In this document: positions 13,779-22,527 of the stretch, piece after piece
How positions within the stretch are numbered: position 1 is the stretch's first letter
How the letters are laid out: each line of letters starts with the position of its first letter
Origin: Oscillospiraceae bacterium
Lineage (GTDB): Bacteria > Bacillota > Clostridia > Oscillospirales > Ruminococcaceae
Direction: 5' to 3'
DNA: 28,880 bases
Assembly (NCBI GenBank): GCA_045542675.1
Contig: JAZQLL010000099.1
Location: 1-28,880, forward strand
The notes under the pieces: generated by a model
Databases searched by the model: none
What the model was told of the DNA's origin: nothing
The model's input: only the letters and a program-made list of their open reading frames with translations
Translations under genes and position numbers: made by a program

Positions 13779-15422
13779 TTACGCTTTTGCGCCGCTTAAT
13801 CTCTCTACTGTTTTATCTTTTCCGAGAATTTTCATAATCTCATAAAGGTCAGGCGAGTTTCTTCTGCCGGTTACCGCTACGCGCAGAACCATACTTACAT
13901 CGCCGATGTGACCTTTATAAAGTTCAGGATTCTTTTTATAAAGTTTTGTTTTGGGAGCGAAGCCTAAATCCTCTGCTATCTGGGTCATTTTAGCAAACCA
14001 GGTTTCCTGATCGTCGCTCTCGCAGAAGCTTTCTGCAAAACGGCTTAAGATTTCGTTTCTATCCTCGCTGCTTACATTTTCGGGCATCTCGCCAGTTATT
14101 TCAAACAAATCATCATAGAAGAAGCAAACGTAGTCCTTTACCTCGTTCCATTTTGCAATATCTTTTCTGGGCTTTTCGCCGCCGCGGCCAATTGCGAGAA
14201 TGCTCTTGGCATAATCGGGAGCCGAAGTGAATTTCTCATAAAGGACGCTATCATTATCCTTTGCCCAGGCGGTTACCTGCTCGTAAACTTCGTCTGCAGT
14301 CATGGTACTAATGGCATTGCGGCTAACATCAAGAAGCTTGTCCATATCAAAAAGGCAACCCGAAACGCTCATCTTTTCGGCAGTGAACTTAAAGTCATTT
14401 AAGGGTGCCGAAGGATTCTCTATGCGCCATTCCTCAAAGTTTGAATTTAGGAGAGTCATAATATACTCACTTACGCTCTTTGAGGGGAAGCCCTCTTCAT
14501 AATAGAAGGAGAGGGATGCCTCGGGGTCCTTTCTTTTGGAAAGTTTACGCTTTGTACCATTGTCAAGTTTCATAAGTTGTGCGATGTGCATATAGTAAGG
14601 CTGGGGGAATCCGAGTGCCTCAAAAAGTTGCACATGGAAAGGCAGTGTTGCAAGCCACTCCTCGCCTCTTACAACGTGGGTAGTGCCCATCACGTAGTCA
14701 TCAACCGCGTGCGCAAAATGGTATGTCGGTATTCCGTCTGACTTGAGCATTACGTGGTCAATATCGTTCTCGGGGAACTCGAGTCTGCCTTTAATAAGGT
14801 CATTTACTACTGCGGTTTTACTGGGATCACCCTGCGAGCGAAAACGGAGCACAAATTTTTCGCCGTTTTTAATTTTTTCCTCGATTTCCTCAAAACTTAA
14901 ATTACGGCAAGCCGCATACTTACCATAATATCCGAAATTATCCTTATTTGCTTCCTGCTCTTTTCTCATTTCCTCAAGGCGCTCTTCGCTACAGAAGCAG
15001 GGATAAGCCTTGCCCTCTGCGATGAGTTTCTTTGCAAACGCCTGATAAATCTCGGCGCGCTGGCGCTGATAGTAGGGTCCATAATCTCCCTTTTCACCAT
15101 CAGCAGTTGCGCCCTCGTCGAAGATAATATCATAACGCTCAAGCGAGCTCAAAAGAATCTCGACTGCACCCTCAACCTCTCTTTTCTGGTCGGTATCCTC
15201 AATTCTTAAAATGAAAACGCCGCCGCTCTGGTGAGCAAGTCTTTCACTGGTAAGTGCGGGAAAAAGGTTTCCAAGATGCACAAAACCTGTGGGACTGGGG
15301 GCAAGTCTGGTTACCGCCGCACCCTCGGGAAGTTCTCTTTTGGGGAACATCGCGAGCGCCTTATCATAGGTTAATTTACAATCGGGATATAAAAGCTCAG
15401 CGAGCCTATTTAAATCAGCCAT
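13779..15422 (-). CDS. gltX: Glutamate--tRNA ligase
   Basis: TRLAPSPTGFVHLGN, LRIEDTD, GPYYQRQR, PTYHFAHAVDD, HVVRGEEW, KLSKRK. Start placed at ATG 15422 (GGAG RBS). Confidence 0.95.
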   Translation of the reverse strand: MADLNRLAELLYPDCKLTYDKALAMFPKRELPEGAAVTRLAPSPTGFVHLGNLFPALTSERLAHQSGGVFILRIEDTDQKREVEGAVEILLSSLERYDIIFDEGATADGEKGDYGPYYQRQRAEIYQAFAKKLIAEGKAYPCFCSEERLEEMRKEQEANKDNFGYYGKYAACRNLSFEEIEEKIKNGEKFVLRFRSQGDPSKTAVVNDLIKGRLEFPENDIDHVMLKSDGIPTYHFAHAVDDYVMGTTHVVRGEEWLATLPFHVQLFEALGFPQPYYMHIAQLMKLDNGTKRKLSKRKDPEASLSFYYEEGFPSKSVSEYIMTLLNSNFEEWRIENPSAPLNDFKFTAEKMSVSGCLFDMDKLLDVSRNAISTMTADEVYEQVTAWAKDNDSVLYEKFTSAPDYAKSILAIGRGGEKPRKDIAKWNEVKDYVCFFYDDLFEITGEMPENVSSEDRNEILSRFAESFCESDDQETWFAKMTQIAEDLGFAPKTKLYKKNPELYKGHIGDVSMVLRVAVTGRRNSPDLYEIMKILGKDKTVERLSGAKA

Positions 15423-15470
15423 AATTTTACTCCGTTTCGTCTGGGTTTTAAACATACTAACACAGAATAT

Positions 15471-15499
15471 ATTTTATAACTATTATGGCTTATTGTCAA
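15471..15499 (-). promoter_or_regulatory. Sigma-A promoter of gltX-glnS
   Basis: Minus strand TTGACA (15499-15494), 17 bp spacer, TAAAAT (15476-15471). Confidence 0.7.
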
Positions 15500-15519
15500 G
15501 GTTTTTAAAGGCTTTTTAG

Positions 15520-15993
15520 TTAATTTAAAACCACAAATCCGAGGTTTAAATATGCGGCAAACAAAAGCCAGATTAAATACGGAATTTGTAAAAGTGCCGC
15601 CGTTTTATTGATAGGGTAAAATTTATATATCATAAATATAACAAGTGCTATAAGAAGAAGTATCCAGATAAACGAAAGGGTCAGAAATCCAAACTCAAAA
15701 AACAGGAAAGACCAGGCGAAATTCACTAAAAGCTGAAGATAATAAATTTTGATGACGCCGCTATCTCTCCCCTTTTGGCTTGACAAAATGAGGGTGGCCG
15801 AAACTGCCATAAGGGTATAGAGTATGCTCCAGACTATCGGAAAGAGCACTGCAGGCGGCGAAAGAGGCGGTTTTACAAGGGTTTCGTATCCTTCTCTACC
15901 CGAGGTTAAAAGTCCGACTAAAATTCCGCCGCCGAGCGACAGCGCCAGTTGAAACAAAAACGGCAATGGCTTTATAACGATGCTTTTTTTCAT
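15520..15993 (-). CDS. tspO: TspO/MBR family tryptophan-rich sensory protein
   Basis: YETLVKPPLSPPAVLFPIVWSILY, QLLVNFAWSFLFF and LQIPYLIWLLFAAYLN; five hydrophobic helices. Confidence 0.9.
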   Translation of the reverse strand: MKKSIVIKPLPFLFQLALSLGGGILVGLLTSGREGYETLVKPPLSPPAVLFPIVWSILYTLMAVSATLILSSQKGRDSGVIKIYYLQLLVNFAWSFLFFEFGFLTLSFIWILLLIALVIFMIYKFYPINKTAALLQIPYLIWLLFAAYLNLGFVVLN

Positions 15994-16050
15994 ATAAAAA
16001 CTCCTTTATAGTTTTTATATAAATCTATTGCACAACACCCCAAAAAATGC

Positions 16051-16086
16051 AAAAAATAAGGCGGGCGCATTTTTGCGCCCACCTTA
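16051..16086 (-). terminator. Rho-independent terminator of gap
   Basis: Minus strand TAAGGTGGGCGCA-AAAA-TGCGCCCGCCTTA-TTTTTT. Confidence 0.85.
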
Positions 16087-16101
16087 AAAGTTTACTTATA
16101 A

Positions 16102-17139
16102 TTAGTTAAGCTCTGCGAAGTATTTAATGGTTCTTACCATCTGGCTGGTGTAGGAGTTCTCGTTATCATACCAAGAAACAACCTGAACCTCATAAAGATC
16201 ATCAGCAATCTTTGCTACCATTGTCTGAGTAGCATCGAAGAGTGAACCATACTTCATACCGATAACATCGGAAGAAACGATCTGGTCCTCATTGTAACCA
16301 AAAGACTCACAAGCAGCAGCCTTCATAGCAGCGTTGATACCCTCTTTTGTTACGTCTGCGCCCTTAACAACAGCGGTAAGGATAGTTGTAGAACCTGTGG
16401 GAACAGGAACTCTCTGTGCAGAACCGATGAGCTTACCGTTAAGCTCGGGGATAACAAGGCCGATAGCTTTTGCAGCACCGGTGCTGTTAGGAACGATATT
16501 TGCAGCGCCTGCTCTAGCTCTTCTGAGGTCGCCCTTTCTGTGAGGACCATCGAGAATCATCTGGTCACCTGTATAAGCGTGAATTGTGCTCATGATACCG
16601 CTCTGGATGGGAGCGTAATCGTTAAGAGCCTTAGCCATAGGAGCGAGGCAATTTGTTGTGCAGGAAGCAGCAGAGATGATAGTATCATCAGCGGTAAGAG
16701 TATCCTCATTTACGCTGAATACAACTGTCTTAAGATCGTTACCTGCGGGAGCAGAAATAACAACCTTCTTAGCACCTGCATCGATGTGAGCCTGGCTCTT
16801 ATCCTTTGAACAATAGAAACCTGTGCACTCGAGAACAACGTCTACACCGATTTCGCCCCAAGGAAGATCCTTAGCATCTTTCTCTGCATAGATCTTGAGG
16901 GTTTTTCCGTCAACAGTAATGGTACCTGCCTCGTCGTCAGCAGAAACTGTGTGAAGATCTTCGCCGATCTTTCCGCAGTAGCCGCCCTGAGCGGTATCAT
17001 ACTTTAAAAGGTGTGCGAGCATAGAAGGCTTTGTAAGATCGTTGATAGCAACGATATCATATCCCTCTGCGCCAAACATTTGTCTGAATGCGAGACGGCC
17101 GATACGGCCAAAACCATTAATTGCAACTTTAACTGACAT
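16102..17139 (-). CDS. gap: Type I glyceraldehyde-3-phosphate dehydrogenase
   Basis: [41 protein letters not shown]. Confidence 0.97.
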   Translation of the reverse strand: MSVKVAINGFGRIGRLAFRQMFGAEGYDIVAINDLTKPSMLAHLLKYDTAQGGYCGKIGEDLHTVSADDEAGTITVDGKTLKIYAEKDAKDLPWGEIGVDVVLECTGFYCSKDKSQAHIDAGAKKVVISAPAGNDLKTVVFSVNEDTLTADDTIISAASCTTNCLAPMAKALNDYAPIQSGIMSTIHAYTGDQMILDGPHRKGDLRRARAGAANIVPNSTGAAKAIGLVIPELNGKLIGSAQRVPVPTGSTTILTAVVKGADVTKEGINAAMKAAACESFGYNEDQIVSSDVIGMKYGSLFDATQTMVAKIADDLYEVQVVSWYDNENSYTSQMVRTIKYFAELN

Positions 17140-17311
17140 GGTATTTTACCTCCATAATTTTTTACTCATATAATTTTATAACAAAACTTAAAAATATACA
17201 ATATTTTTTTCAATTTTTTTTAAATATTTTTAAAAATTGTGTGCATTGTTAAAAATATAACGCCTTTTTGTATTGATTTTATTTATTTTTTCACAATTTT
17301 TCCGTATATTG

Positions 17312-17340
17312 TTGAAAAGTGTCGACTTTTGTTGTATAAT
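17312..17340 (+). promoter_or_regulatory. Sigma-A promoter of the kinase-like gene
   Basis: TTGAAA (17312-17), 17 bp spacer, TATAAT (17335-40); AAGGAG RBS at 17359-64. Confidence 0.65.
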
Positions 17341-17371
17341 GTCTACATATTTCCAGGAAAGGAGAATTTCT

Positions 17372-18514
17372 ATGCATTCTGAGGATATGCGTTCCGAGTT
17401 TTCAGCGCTTGCTATGAGTTTTAAACATTCGGGTGTGCCTATTGCAATATTTGACAGTTCCCTGGCACTTATTTTTGCAAACGAAAGCCTTATCAGCCTT
17501 TATCCCGATGCGGATTCTCCTTTTTTTGCCCTTAAAGTATTCGGTGACTGCGATGTAGAGACCGTTTTAAACTATCTTAAATCCGAAAAGCGCTACAATG
17601 CGGTTTGCAAGCTCGATGGCGAAGAGCCCACTTCCCTTTCGGCAGATGCAATTTTTGACCGCGAGGGCAATGTTATCGGTGCATTCATTATTTTCTCCGA
17701 AAAGGAAAAAAACACCGACTTTTTAAGCGATAGCGAGTGTATGATGGCGGTAAAACGCGAGTTTACAGACAGGCTTTCGTCCATATTCAATTACGTAAGC
17801 GGAATTGCAAACTCCAAAAATCTCAATGCCGACGAGGCCGATTGCGAGTATATAAACGGCATAAATCAGCACTGCTATCAGTTGCATCGTGTTTCGGATA
17901 ATCTCGCGAGATTTCTAAGTCTCACCTCTCAAAATGACAGCGCTAAGTTTTCGCATATTGACCTTTCAACATTTTTACTGAAACTTGTCGGCACAATTAT
18001 CGTTATGGACAATGCTTTGGGTGTGCCGGTAGAGTTTAAGTGCCGCGAAAATGATATAGTAGTCAAGGCGGATATAAAGCGCCTTGAATTTGCTTTGGTA
18101 AATATCATTTTAAACTCTATAAAATACACAAAAGACGGCAACTGTGTCGAGGTTGAACTGGCAACAGTTGGCAACAACGCTGTTATTACTATTTCCGACA
18201 AGGGAATCGGTATGCCGAAAGACGTTCTCTCCCGCGTAGGCGAGCCTTATTTCTCTTATTCGCATGACAATAAATTTGAGGCAGGGTTCGGAATCGGACT
18301 TTACATTGCCAAGAAATATATCGCTTCAAATGGCGGTCTGTTCGCTATCCAAAGCAAGCAAAACGAGGGTACAGTTGTTACAGTTTCGTTGCCTTTATGC
18401 GATGAAAACGGCGGCGATGTTACTTTAAGTTCCCCTACCGAATTCAATCCTAAAGAAGCGTTTTCGGTAACCCGAGTTCAGCTCAGCGAAGTGTGTTATT
18501 ATCCCAAAATATAG
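17372..18514 (+). CDS. Soluble sensor histidine kinase-like protein (PAS-like N-terminus, HATPase); phosphoacceptor His apparently absent
   Basis: N box ALVNIILNSIKYT, G1 ISDKGIGM, F box EPYFS, G2 GFGIGLYIAK; the H-box-equivalent helix reads VKREFTDRLSSIF. Confidence 0.8.
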   Translation: MHSEDMRSEFSALAMSFKHSGVPIAIFDSSLALIFANESLISLYPDADSPFFALKVFGDCDVETVLNYLKSEKRYNAVCKLDGEEPTSLSADAIFDREGNVIGAFIIFSEKEKNTDFLSDSECMMAVKREFTDRLSSIFNYVSGIANSKNLNADEADCEYINGINQHCYQLHRVSDNLARFLSLTSQNDSAKFSHIDLSTFLLKLVGTIIVMDNALGVPVEFKCRENDIVVKADIKRLEFALVNIILNSIKYTKDGNCVEVELATVGNNAVITISDKGIGMPKDVLSRVGEPYFSYSHDNKFEAGFGIGLYIAKKYIASNGGLFAIQSKQNEGTVVTVSLPLCDENGGDVTLSSPTEFNPKEAFSVTRVQLSEVCYYPKI

Positions 18515-18520
18515 TAAATT

Positions 18521-18555
18521 AAAAAGCGGCCTGCTTAGTGCAGGTCGCTTTTTTT
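18521..18555. terminator. Bidirectional terminator
   Basis: AAAAAGCGGCCTGC-TTAGT-GCAGGTCGCTTTTTTT. Confidence 0.85.
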
Positions 18556-18901
18556 ACAGAATATAACTAAGTCCTAATAGAATATAAAGGGGACCGAAAC
18601 AGTATAACATAAACATTTCGTGGTGCGGAACCTTAGTGGTGAACAAATCGGTTTCAATAAGTATTTCAAATACGTACGCCACCGCTCCGCTAAAGTATGC
18701 GCAGGCTTTCAGAATATGCCTGACTTCATCAGAAACAAAAAATTCGATTACAAACAATATAACCGCAAGCAAAACAAAGCAGTTTCTTAGGGTCAAAAAC
18801 AAAAGGCCCGTAGCAGCGTGTCCCGAATGTGAAACGTCCTCTCTTTTAAGTTTTGTCGGCTCTTCGATGCTATGTACAATTCTTTTAAAAGGATTGCTCA
18901 T
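18554..18901 (-). CDS. Hypothetical membrane protein (about 3 TM, 115 aa)
   Basis: ORF with three hydrophobic segments; G-rich RBS before ATG 18901; ends in the terminator. Confidence 0.65.
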   Translation of the reverse strand: MSNPFKRIVHSIEEPTKLKREDVSHSGHAATGLLFLTLRNCFVLLAVILFVIEFFVSDEVRHILKACAYFSGAVAYVFEILIETDLFTTKVPHHEMFMLYCFGPLYILLGLSYIL

Positions 18902-18980
18902 TTTCTTCCCCCCCACTGCCACTTTCCTATATTTTAGCAGATATACCAAAAAAAATCAACAAAAACACAAGAGTTGCACT

Positions 18981-19316
18981 TTACCGCGCGCATTTCTTAC
19001 AGGGTGTCAAATAATAAAAGTTTTTTGCTTTATCTAATGTTGTGGCATATGAGTTCTTTCCCCCGCAGGTTTCTACTATATGGTATCTTTTTCCTGTAGG
19101 CGTTATATAAACAGTCATATTGTTTTCTTTAATATGTTCATTAGATATAAAACTTTCATTTTCATTGACAGAATATTGTGAAAGAATCTTATCTAACTCG
19201 GTGTTTGATTGCTCCATTTTTTTATTTGACAAATCCTGCATTTTTAACAGATACACAATAACGATAATAAAAGAGAAAAAAATTATTATCTCGATTATTG
19301 TTCTTTTCTTATTCAT
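18981..19316 (-). CDS. Membrane-anchored protein with C-terminal Ada-like metal-binding motif
   Basis: N-terminal TM IIEIIIFFSFIIVIVYLL; C-terminal VYITPTGKRYH...C...TPCKKC; GGGGCGAGG RBS. Confidence 0.7.
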   Translation of the reverse strand: MNKKRTIIEIIIFFSFIIVIVYLLKMQDLSNKKMEQSNTELDKILSQYSVNENESFISNEHIKENNMTVYITPTGKRYHIVETCGGKNSYATTLDKAKNFYYLTPCKKCAR

Positions 19317-19337
19317 AGTCCTCGCCCCCCATTTTTT

Positions 19338-19369
19338 ATGTTATAAATTCTAACATATATTTATAACAT
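19338..19369. promoter_or_regulatory. Perfect 11-bp inverted repeat in the divergent promoter region
   Basis: ATGTTATAAAT (19338-48), 10 bp spacer, ATTTATAACAT (19359-69). Confidence 0.55.
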
Positions 19370-19402
19370 TCGTCAAGGCATAATATATGTGAGGTGAATG
19401 TT

Positions 19403-19591
19403 ATGAAAAATAAACTCGTAATAAATAAAAAGAATCTTAAAGGCGAAGACGGATATCGCACATTTTCCATTCGAATAAAATCTGAAACAGTTGCAAATTT
19501 GGATAAGCTAGCAAAGGAAACAAATCACTCTCGCAATGCCTTAATTAATGTTCTCTTAGAATACGCTATGGATAATTGTCAAGTAGAATAA
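19403..19591 (+). CDS. CopG-like ribbon-helix-helix protein
   Basis: Beta strand RTFSIRI followed by two helices (VANLDKLAKETNHSRNALINVLLEYA); GAGGTG RBS. Confidence 0.8.
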   Translation: MKNKLVINKKNLKGEDGYRTFSIRIKSETVANLDKLAKETNHSRNALINVLLEYAMDNCQVE

Positions 19592-19708
19592 AACGATTCA
19601 ACTAATTCATACTATTGTACAATTCAATATGTAACTAATTCAATAAAGTTCATACGAATAATTAATTAGAATCAGAAAAAAATAATAGTAAAAATTTGCA
19701 AAAATCGG

Positions 19709-19737
19709 TTGACAAACCGCAATCTTACTGATATAAT
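19709..19737 (+). promoter_or_regulatory. Consensus sigma-A promoter of tRNA-Lys
   Basis: TTGACA (19709-14), 17 bp spacer, TGaTATAAT (TATAAT 19732-37). Confidence 0.85.
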
Positions 19738-19776
19738 AGACAAGCATCATTTAGTTGATGCATTTTTGTTGTGCCC

Positions 19777-19852
19777 GATCCATTAGCTCAGTTGGCAGAG
19801 CACTTGACTTTTAATCAAGGTGTCCGGAGTTCGAATCTCCGATGGATCACCA
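19777..19852 (+). tRNA. tRNA-Lys (anticodon TTT)
   Basis: 76 nt; acceptor GATCCAT/ATGGATC, D-arm GCTCAGTTGGCAGAGC, anticodon arm CTTGA-CTTTTAA-TCAAG, T-arm CGGAG-TTCGAAT-CTCCG, ACCA. Confidence 0.97.
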
Positions 19853-19889
19853 AAAAACCGAAATGCCCTTTTGGGTATTTCGGTTTTTT
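19853..19889 (+). terminator. Rho-independent terminator of tRNA-Lys
   Basis: AAAAACCGAAATGCCC-TTTT-GGGTATTTCGGTTTTTT. Confidence 0.88.
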
Positions 19890-19947
19890 ATTTTGATTTG
19901 AAGTTGCGGAAAGTACTATGTTTTATACTATTGTACTATAAAAAAGG

Positions 19948-19976
19948 TTGCAAGAAGAAAAAAAATGGTGTAAAAT
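19948..19976 (+). promoter_or_regulatory. Sigma-A promoter of galE-coaX-ECF S
   Basis: TTGCAA (19948-53), 17 bp spacer, TAAAAT (19971-76). Confidence 0.6.
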
Positions 19977-20031
19977 AAGATGAGGGATTATGTATTCCCA
20001 TAAATAAAAGGCAAGAAAAGGAATGAAATGT

Positions 20032-21039
20032 ATGAAAATTCTTGTGACTGGTGGTGCCGGATATATCGGCTCTCACACCTGTGTTGAACTTTTAAATGCA
20101 GGTTACGATGTTGTTATTGTTGATGATTTTTCTAATTCCAAGCCCGAGGTTTTAAACCGAATTCGCGAAATTACGGGCAAGGATTTTGTTTTCTATCAGT
20201 TTGATGTTGCTGACAAAGAGAATATGAGATGCGTTTTTGAGGAAAATAAAATTGACGCGGTTATTCATTTCGCAGGCTACAAAGCGGTTGGCGAGAGTTG
20301 TCAGATCCCTTTAAAATACTACAAAAATAATCTTGGCAGTACATTTACCCTCTGTGAACTTATGGAAGAATTTGATGTAAAGCGCCTTGTATTTTCTTCT
20401 TCGGCAACGGTTTACGGCAGTCCCAAAACTGTTCCCATCCGCGAGGATTTCCCACTTTCTACAACCAATCCTTATGGTGCAACAAAGCTTATGCAAGAGG
20501 ATATTTTCAGAGATATTGCAAAGGCAGACCCCAGCTGGAGCATCGCGCTCTTGCGTTACTTTAATCCCGTAGGCGCGCACAAGAGCGGCCGAATTGGTGA
20601 GGACCCGAGCGGAATTCCCAACAATCTTATGCCCTACATTTCGCAGGTTGCGATTGGCAAGCGCGAGTGCCTCTCGGTTTTCGGAAACGACTATGACACT
20701 CCAGATGGAACCGGCGTACGCGATTACCTGCACGTAGTTGATTTGGCGCTCGGTCACATAAAGGCGGTTGAAAAAGTCCTCTCCGGATCGGGAATTGACG
20801 CCTACAATCTCGGAACCGGAAACGGATATAGCGTTTTAGATATGGTAAAGGCCTTTGAAAAGGCATCAGGACAAAAGGTGAACTACAAAATTGCGCCCAG
20901 GCGTGATGGAGATGTTGCCACCTGCTATGCCGACCCTTCTTACGCCGCAGAAAAACTCGGCTGGAAGGCTGTTCGTGAACTTGAGGAAATGTGTGAGGAC
21001 ACTTGGCGCTGGCAGAAAAACAATCCCAACGGATATTAA
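20032..21039 (+). CDS. galE: UDP-glucose 4-epimerase
   Basis: ILVTGGAGYIGSHT, HFAGYKAVGES, FSSSATVYG, YGATK, LRYFNPVGAH, DGTGVRDYLHV. Start 20032 preferred over 20023 by RBS spacing. Confidence 0.96.
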   Translation: MKILVTGGAGYIGSHTCVELLNAGYDVVIVDDFSNSKPEVLNRIREITGKDFVFYQFDVADKENMRCVFEENKIDAVIHFAGYKAVGESCQIPLKYYKNNLGSTFTLCELMEEFDVKRLVFSSSATVYGSPKTVPIREDFPLSTTNPYGATKLMQEDIFRDIAKADPSWSIALLRYFNPVGAHKSGRIGEDPSGIPNNLMPYISQVAIGKRECLSVFGNDYDTPDGTGVRDYLHVVDLALGHIKAVEKVLSGSGIDAYNLGTGNGYSVLDMVKAFEKASGQKVNYKIAPRRDGDVATCYADPSYAAEKLGWKAVRELEEMCEDTWRWQKNNPNGY

Positions 21040-21057
21040 TTTTTAAGTGGTGATTTT

Positions 21058-21822
21058 ATGATTTTAACTATCGATGTGGGAAACACCCACACAATAATCG
21101 GTATATACGATGCTGACGAGCTTATCTTCACCTCGCGTATTTCGACCGACAGACACAAGACTCGTGATGAATATGCGGTTACTTTAAAGAGTGTGTTATC
21201 CCTCTCCGACAAGGTAGGCGGCGATATTGACGGCGCAATTATTTCCTCGGTTGTTCCGCAGGTTTCTTCCCTTCTTCAAGGTGCCATTGAAACTCTGTTT
21301 GGTTGCAAGACATTTATAGTGGGTCCCGGCGTTAAAACAGGACTCAATATTAAAATTGACAACCCCGCACAGCTCGGAGCTGACCTTGTTTGTGTTTCGG
21401 TTGCGGCACAGAGCAAGTACCCTCTCCCCTCAATAGTTATCGACCTTGGAACTGCTACCACCATTTCTGCCCTCACAAAAGATGGAGAAATGATAGGTGG
21501 CTCTATCTTAACAGGCGTTAACACCGCTCTAAATGCGCTCGCACAGGGCACTGCTCAACTCCCTCAGATAAGTCTTGACGGCGAGGTATCAATTATCGGA
21601 AGCAACACTATTGACTGCATGCGCTCGGGTGCGATACTCGGAAACGCCTGCATGATAGATGGAATGATAAAGCGCTACAAGGAAGTTCTGGGCGAGGACG
21701 CCACCGTTATCGCAACGGGCGGACTCTCTAAGGTTATCTGTGCGCACTGCAATGAGAAAATTGTTCTCGATGAAAATTTGCTGCTTGATGGTTTATACAC
21801 CATTTACAAAAAGAATATATAA
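21058..21822 (+). CDS. coaX: Type III pantothenate kinase
   Basis: LTIDVGNTHT, ISSVVP, LGADL, VIDLGTATT, LPQI, VIATGG. Confidence 0.94.
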   Translation: MILTIDVGNTHTIIGIYDADELIFTSRISTDRHKTRDEYAVTLKSVLSLSDKVGGDIDGAIISSVVPQVSSLLQGAIETLFGCKTFIVGPGVKTGLNIKIDNPAQLGADLVCVSVAAQSKYPLPSIVIDLGTATTISALTKDGEMIGGSILTGVNTALNALAQGTAQLPQISLDGEVSIIGSNTIDCMRSGAILGNACMIDGMIKRYKEVLGEDATVIATGGLSKVICAHCNEKIVLDENLLLDGLYTIYKKNI

Positions 21823-21874
21823 AAGAAAATTAGCACTGCATCCCTCTGCGGAGCAGTAGCAAGGAGGATTTTCT

Positions 21875-22450
21875 ATGTCAACTTCAAAAAAAGGGTTATC
21901 TACCAAAACTCTAACACTTGGTGCAATACTTGCCGCGCTTGTTATTGTGCTTCAACTTATGGGATCATTTATCCATTTTGGAATGTTCTCGGTGTCCTTA
22001 GTTCTTATTCCCATAGTAGTTGGTGCGGCGCTTTGCGGAAAGTACATAGGTGCATTTTTAGGTTTCATTTTTGGCGTTGCAGTGCTTGCAAGTGGCGATG
22101 CGGCGTCGTTTATGGCTATTGATGTTTTCGGAACTGTTGTGACCGTTTTACTCAAAGGCACACTTTGCGGATTTGTTTCGGGACTCATCTACGAGGCATT
22201 AGCAAAGAAAAATCAGGTTGTTGCGGTAATTTCGGCGGCGGTTGTTTGTCCTATCATAAATACTGGTATTTTCCTGCTCGGTTGTCTTATTTTCTTTATG
22301 CCAACCATTAAAGGTTGGGCGGGTGACGGAGACCTTGTTTCGTTTATGATTTTCGGACTCGGACTTATAAACTTCCCCGTCGAACTTGGATTTAATCTCA
22401 TTTTAAGCCCCGTTATTGTAAGGCTTTTAAAACTCACAAAAAAACTTTAA
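21875..22450 (+). CDS. ECF transporter S-component, probably pantothenate (PanT-like)
   Basis: About 190 aa, six hydrophobic helices, IPIVVGAALCG; substrate inferred only from adjacency to coaX. Confidence 0.75.
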   Translation: MSTSKKGLSTKTLTLGAILAALVIVLQLMGSFIHFGMFSVSLVLIPIVVGAALCGKYIGAFLGFIFGVAVLASGDAASFMAIDVFGTVVTVLLKGTLCGFVSGLIYEALAKKNQVVAVISAAVVCPIINTGIFLLGCLIFFMPTIKGWAGDGDLVSFMIFGLGLINFPVELGFNLILSPVIVRLLKLTKKL

Positions 22451-22485
22451 AAAACATAAAAACCATCAAAGCAGATAAGTTTAAT

Positions 22486-22525
22486 AAAAAAATGCCCCGA
22501 GGCAAATTGCCTCGGGGCTTTAAAT
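22486..22525. terminator. Bidirectional terminator
   Basis: A-run, GCCCCGAGGCA-AAT-TGCCTCGGGGC, then TTTAAATTTTT. Confidence 0.8.
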
Positions 22526-22527
22526 TT

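Noticed and set aside
12104-15422. Tandem gltX-glnS and the HIGS/HLGN variants of the HIGH motif
   Set aside because: Many Clostridia encode GlnRS, and HIGH-motif variation is common; no sign of inactivation.
17160-17270. Canonical Rex boxes upstream of gap
   Set aside because: Best 18-bp candidates, e.g. TTGTTAAAAATATAACGC, have three mismatches in very AT-rich DNA.
19403-19591. RHH protein as the antitoxin of a toxin-antitoxin pair
   Set aside because: No adjacent co-oriented ORF resembling a toxin; downstream DNA is non-coding up to tRNA-Lys.
18950-19890. Prophage or ICE integrated at tRNA-Lys
   Set aside because: No integrase, no duplicated tRNA 3' end, and the AT-rich genes lie on the 5' side of the tRNA.
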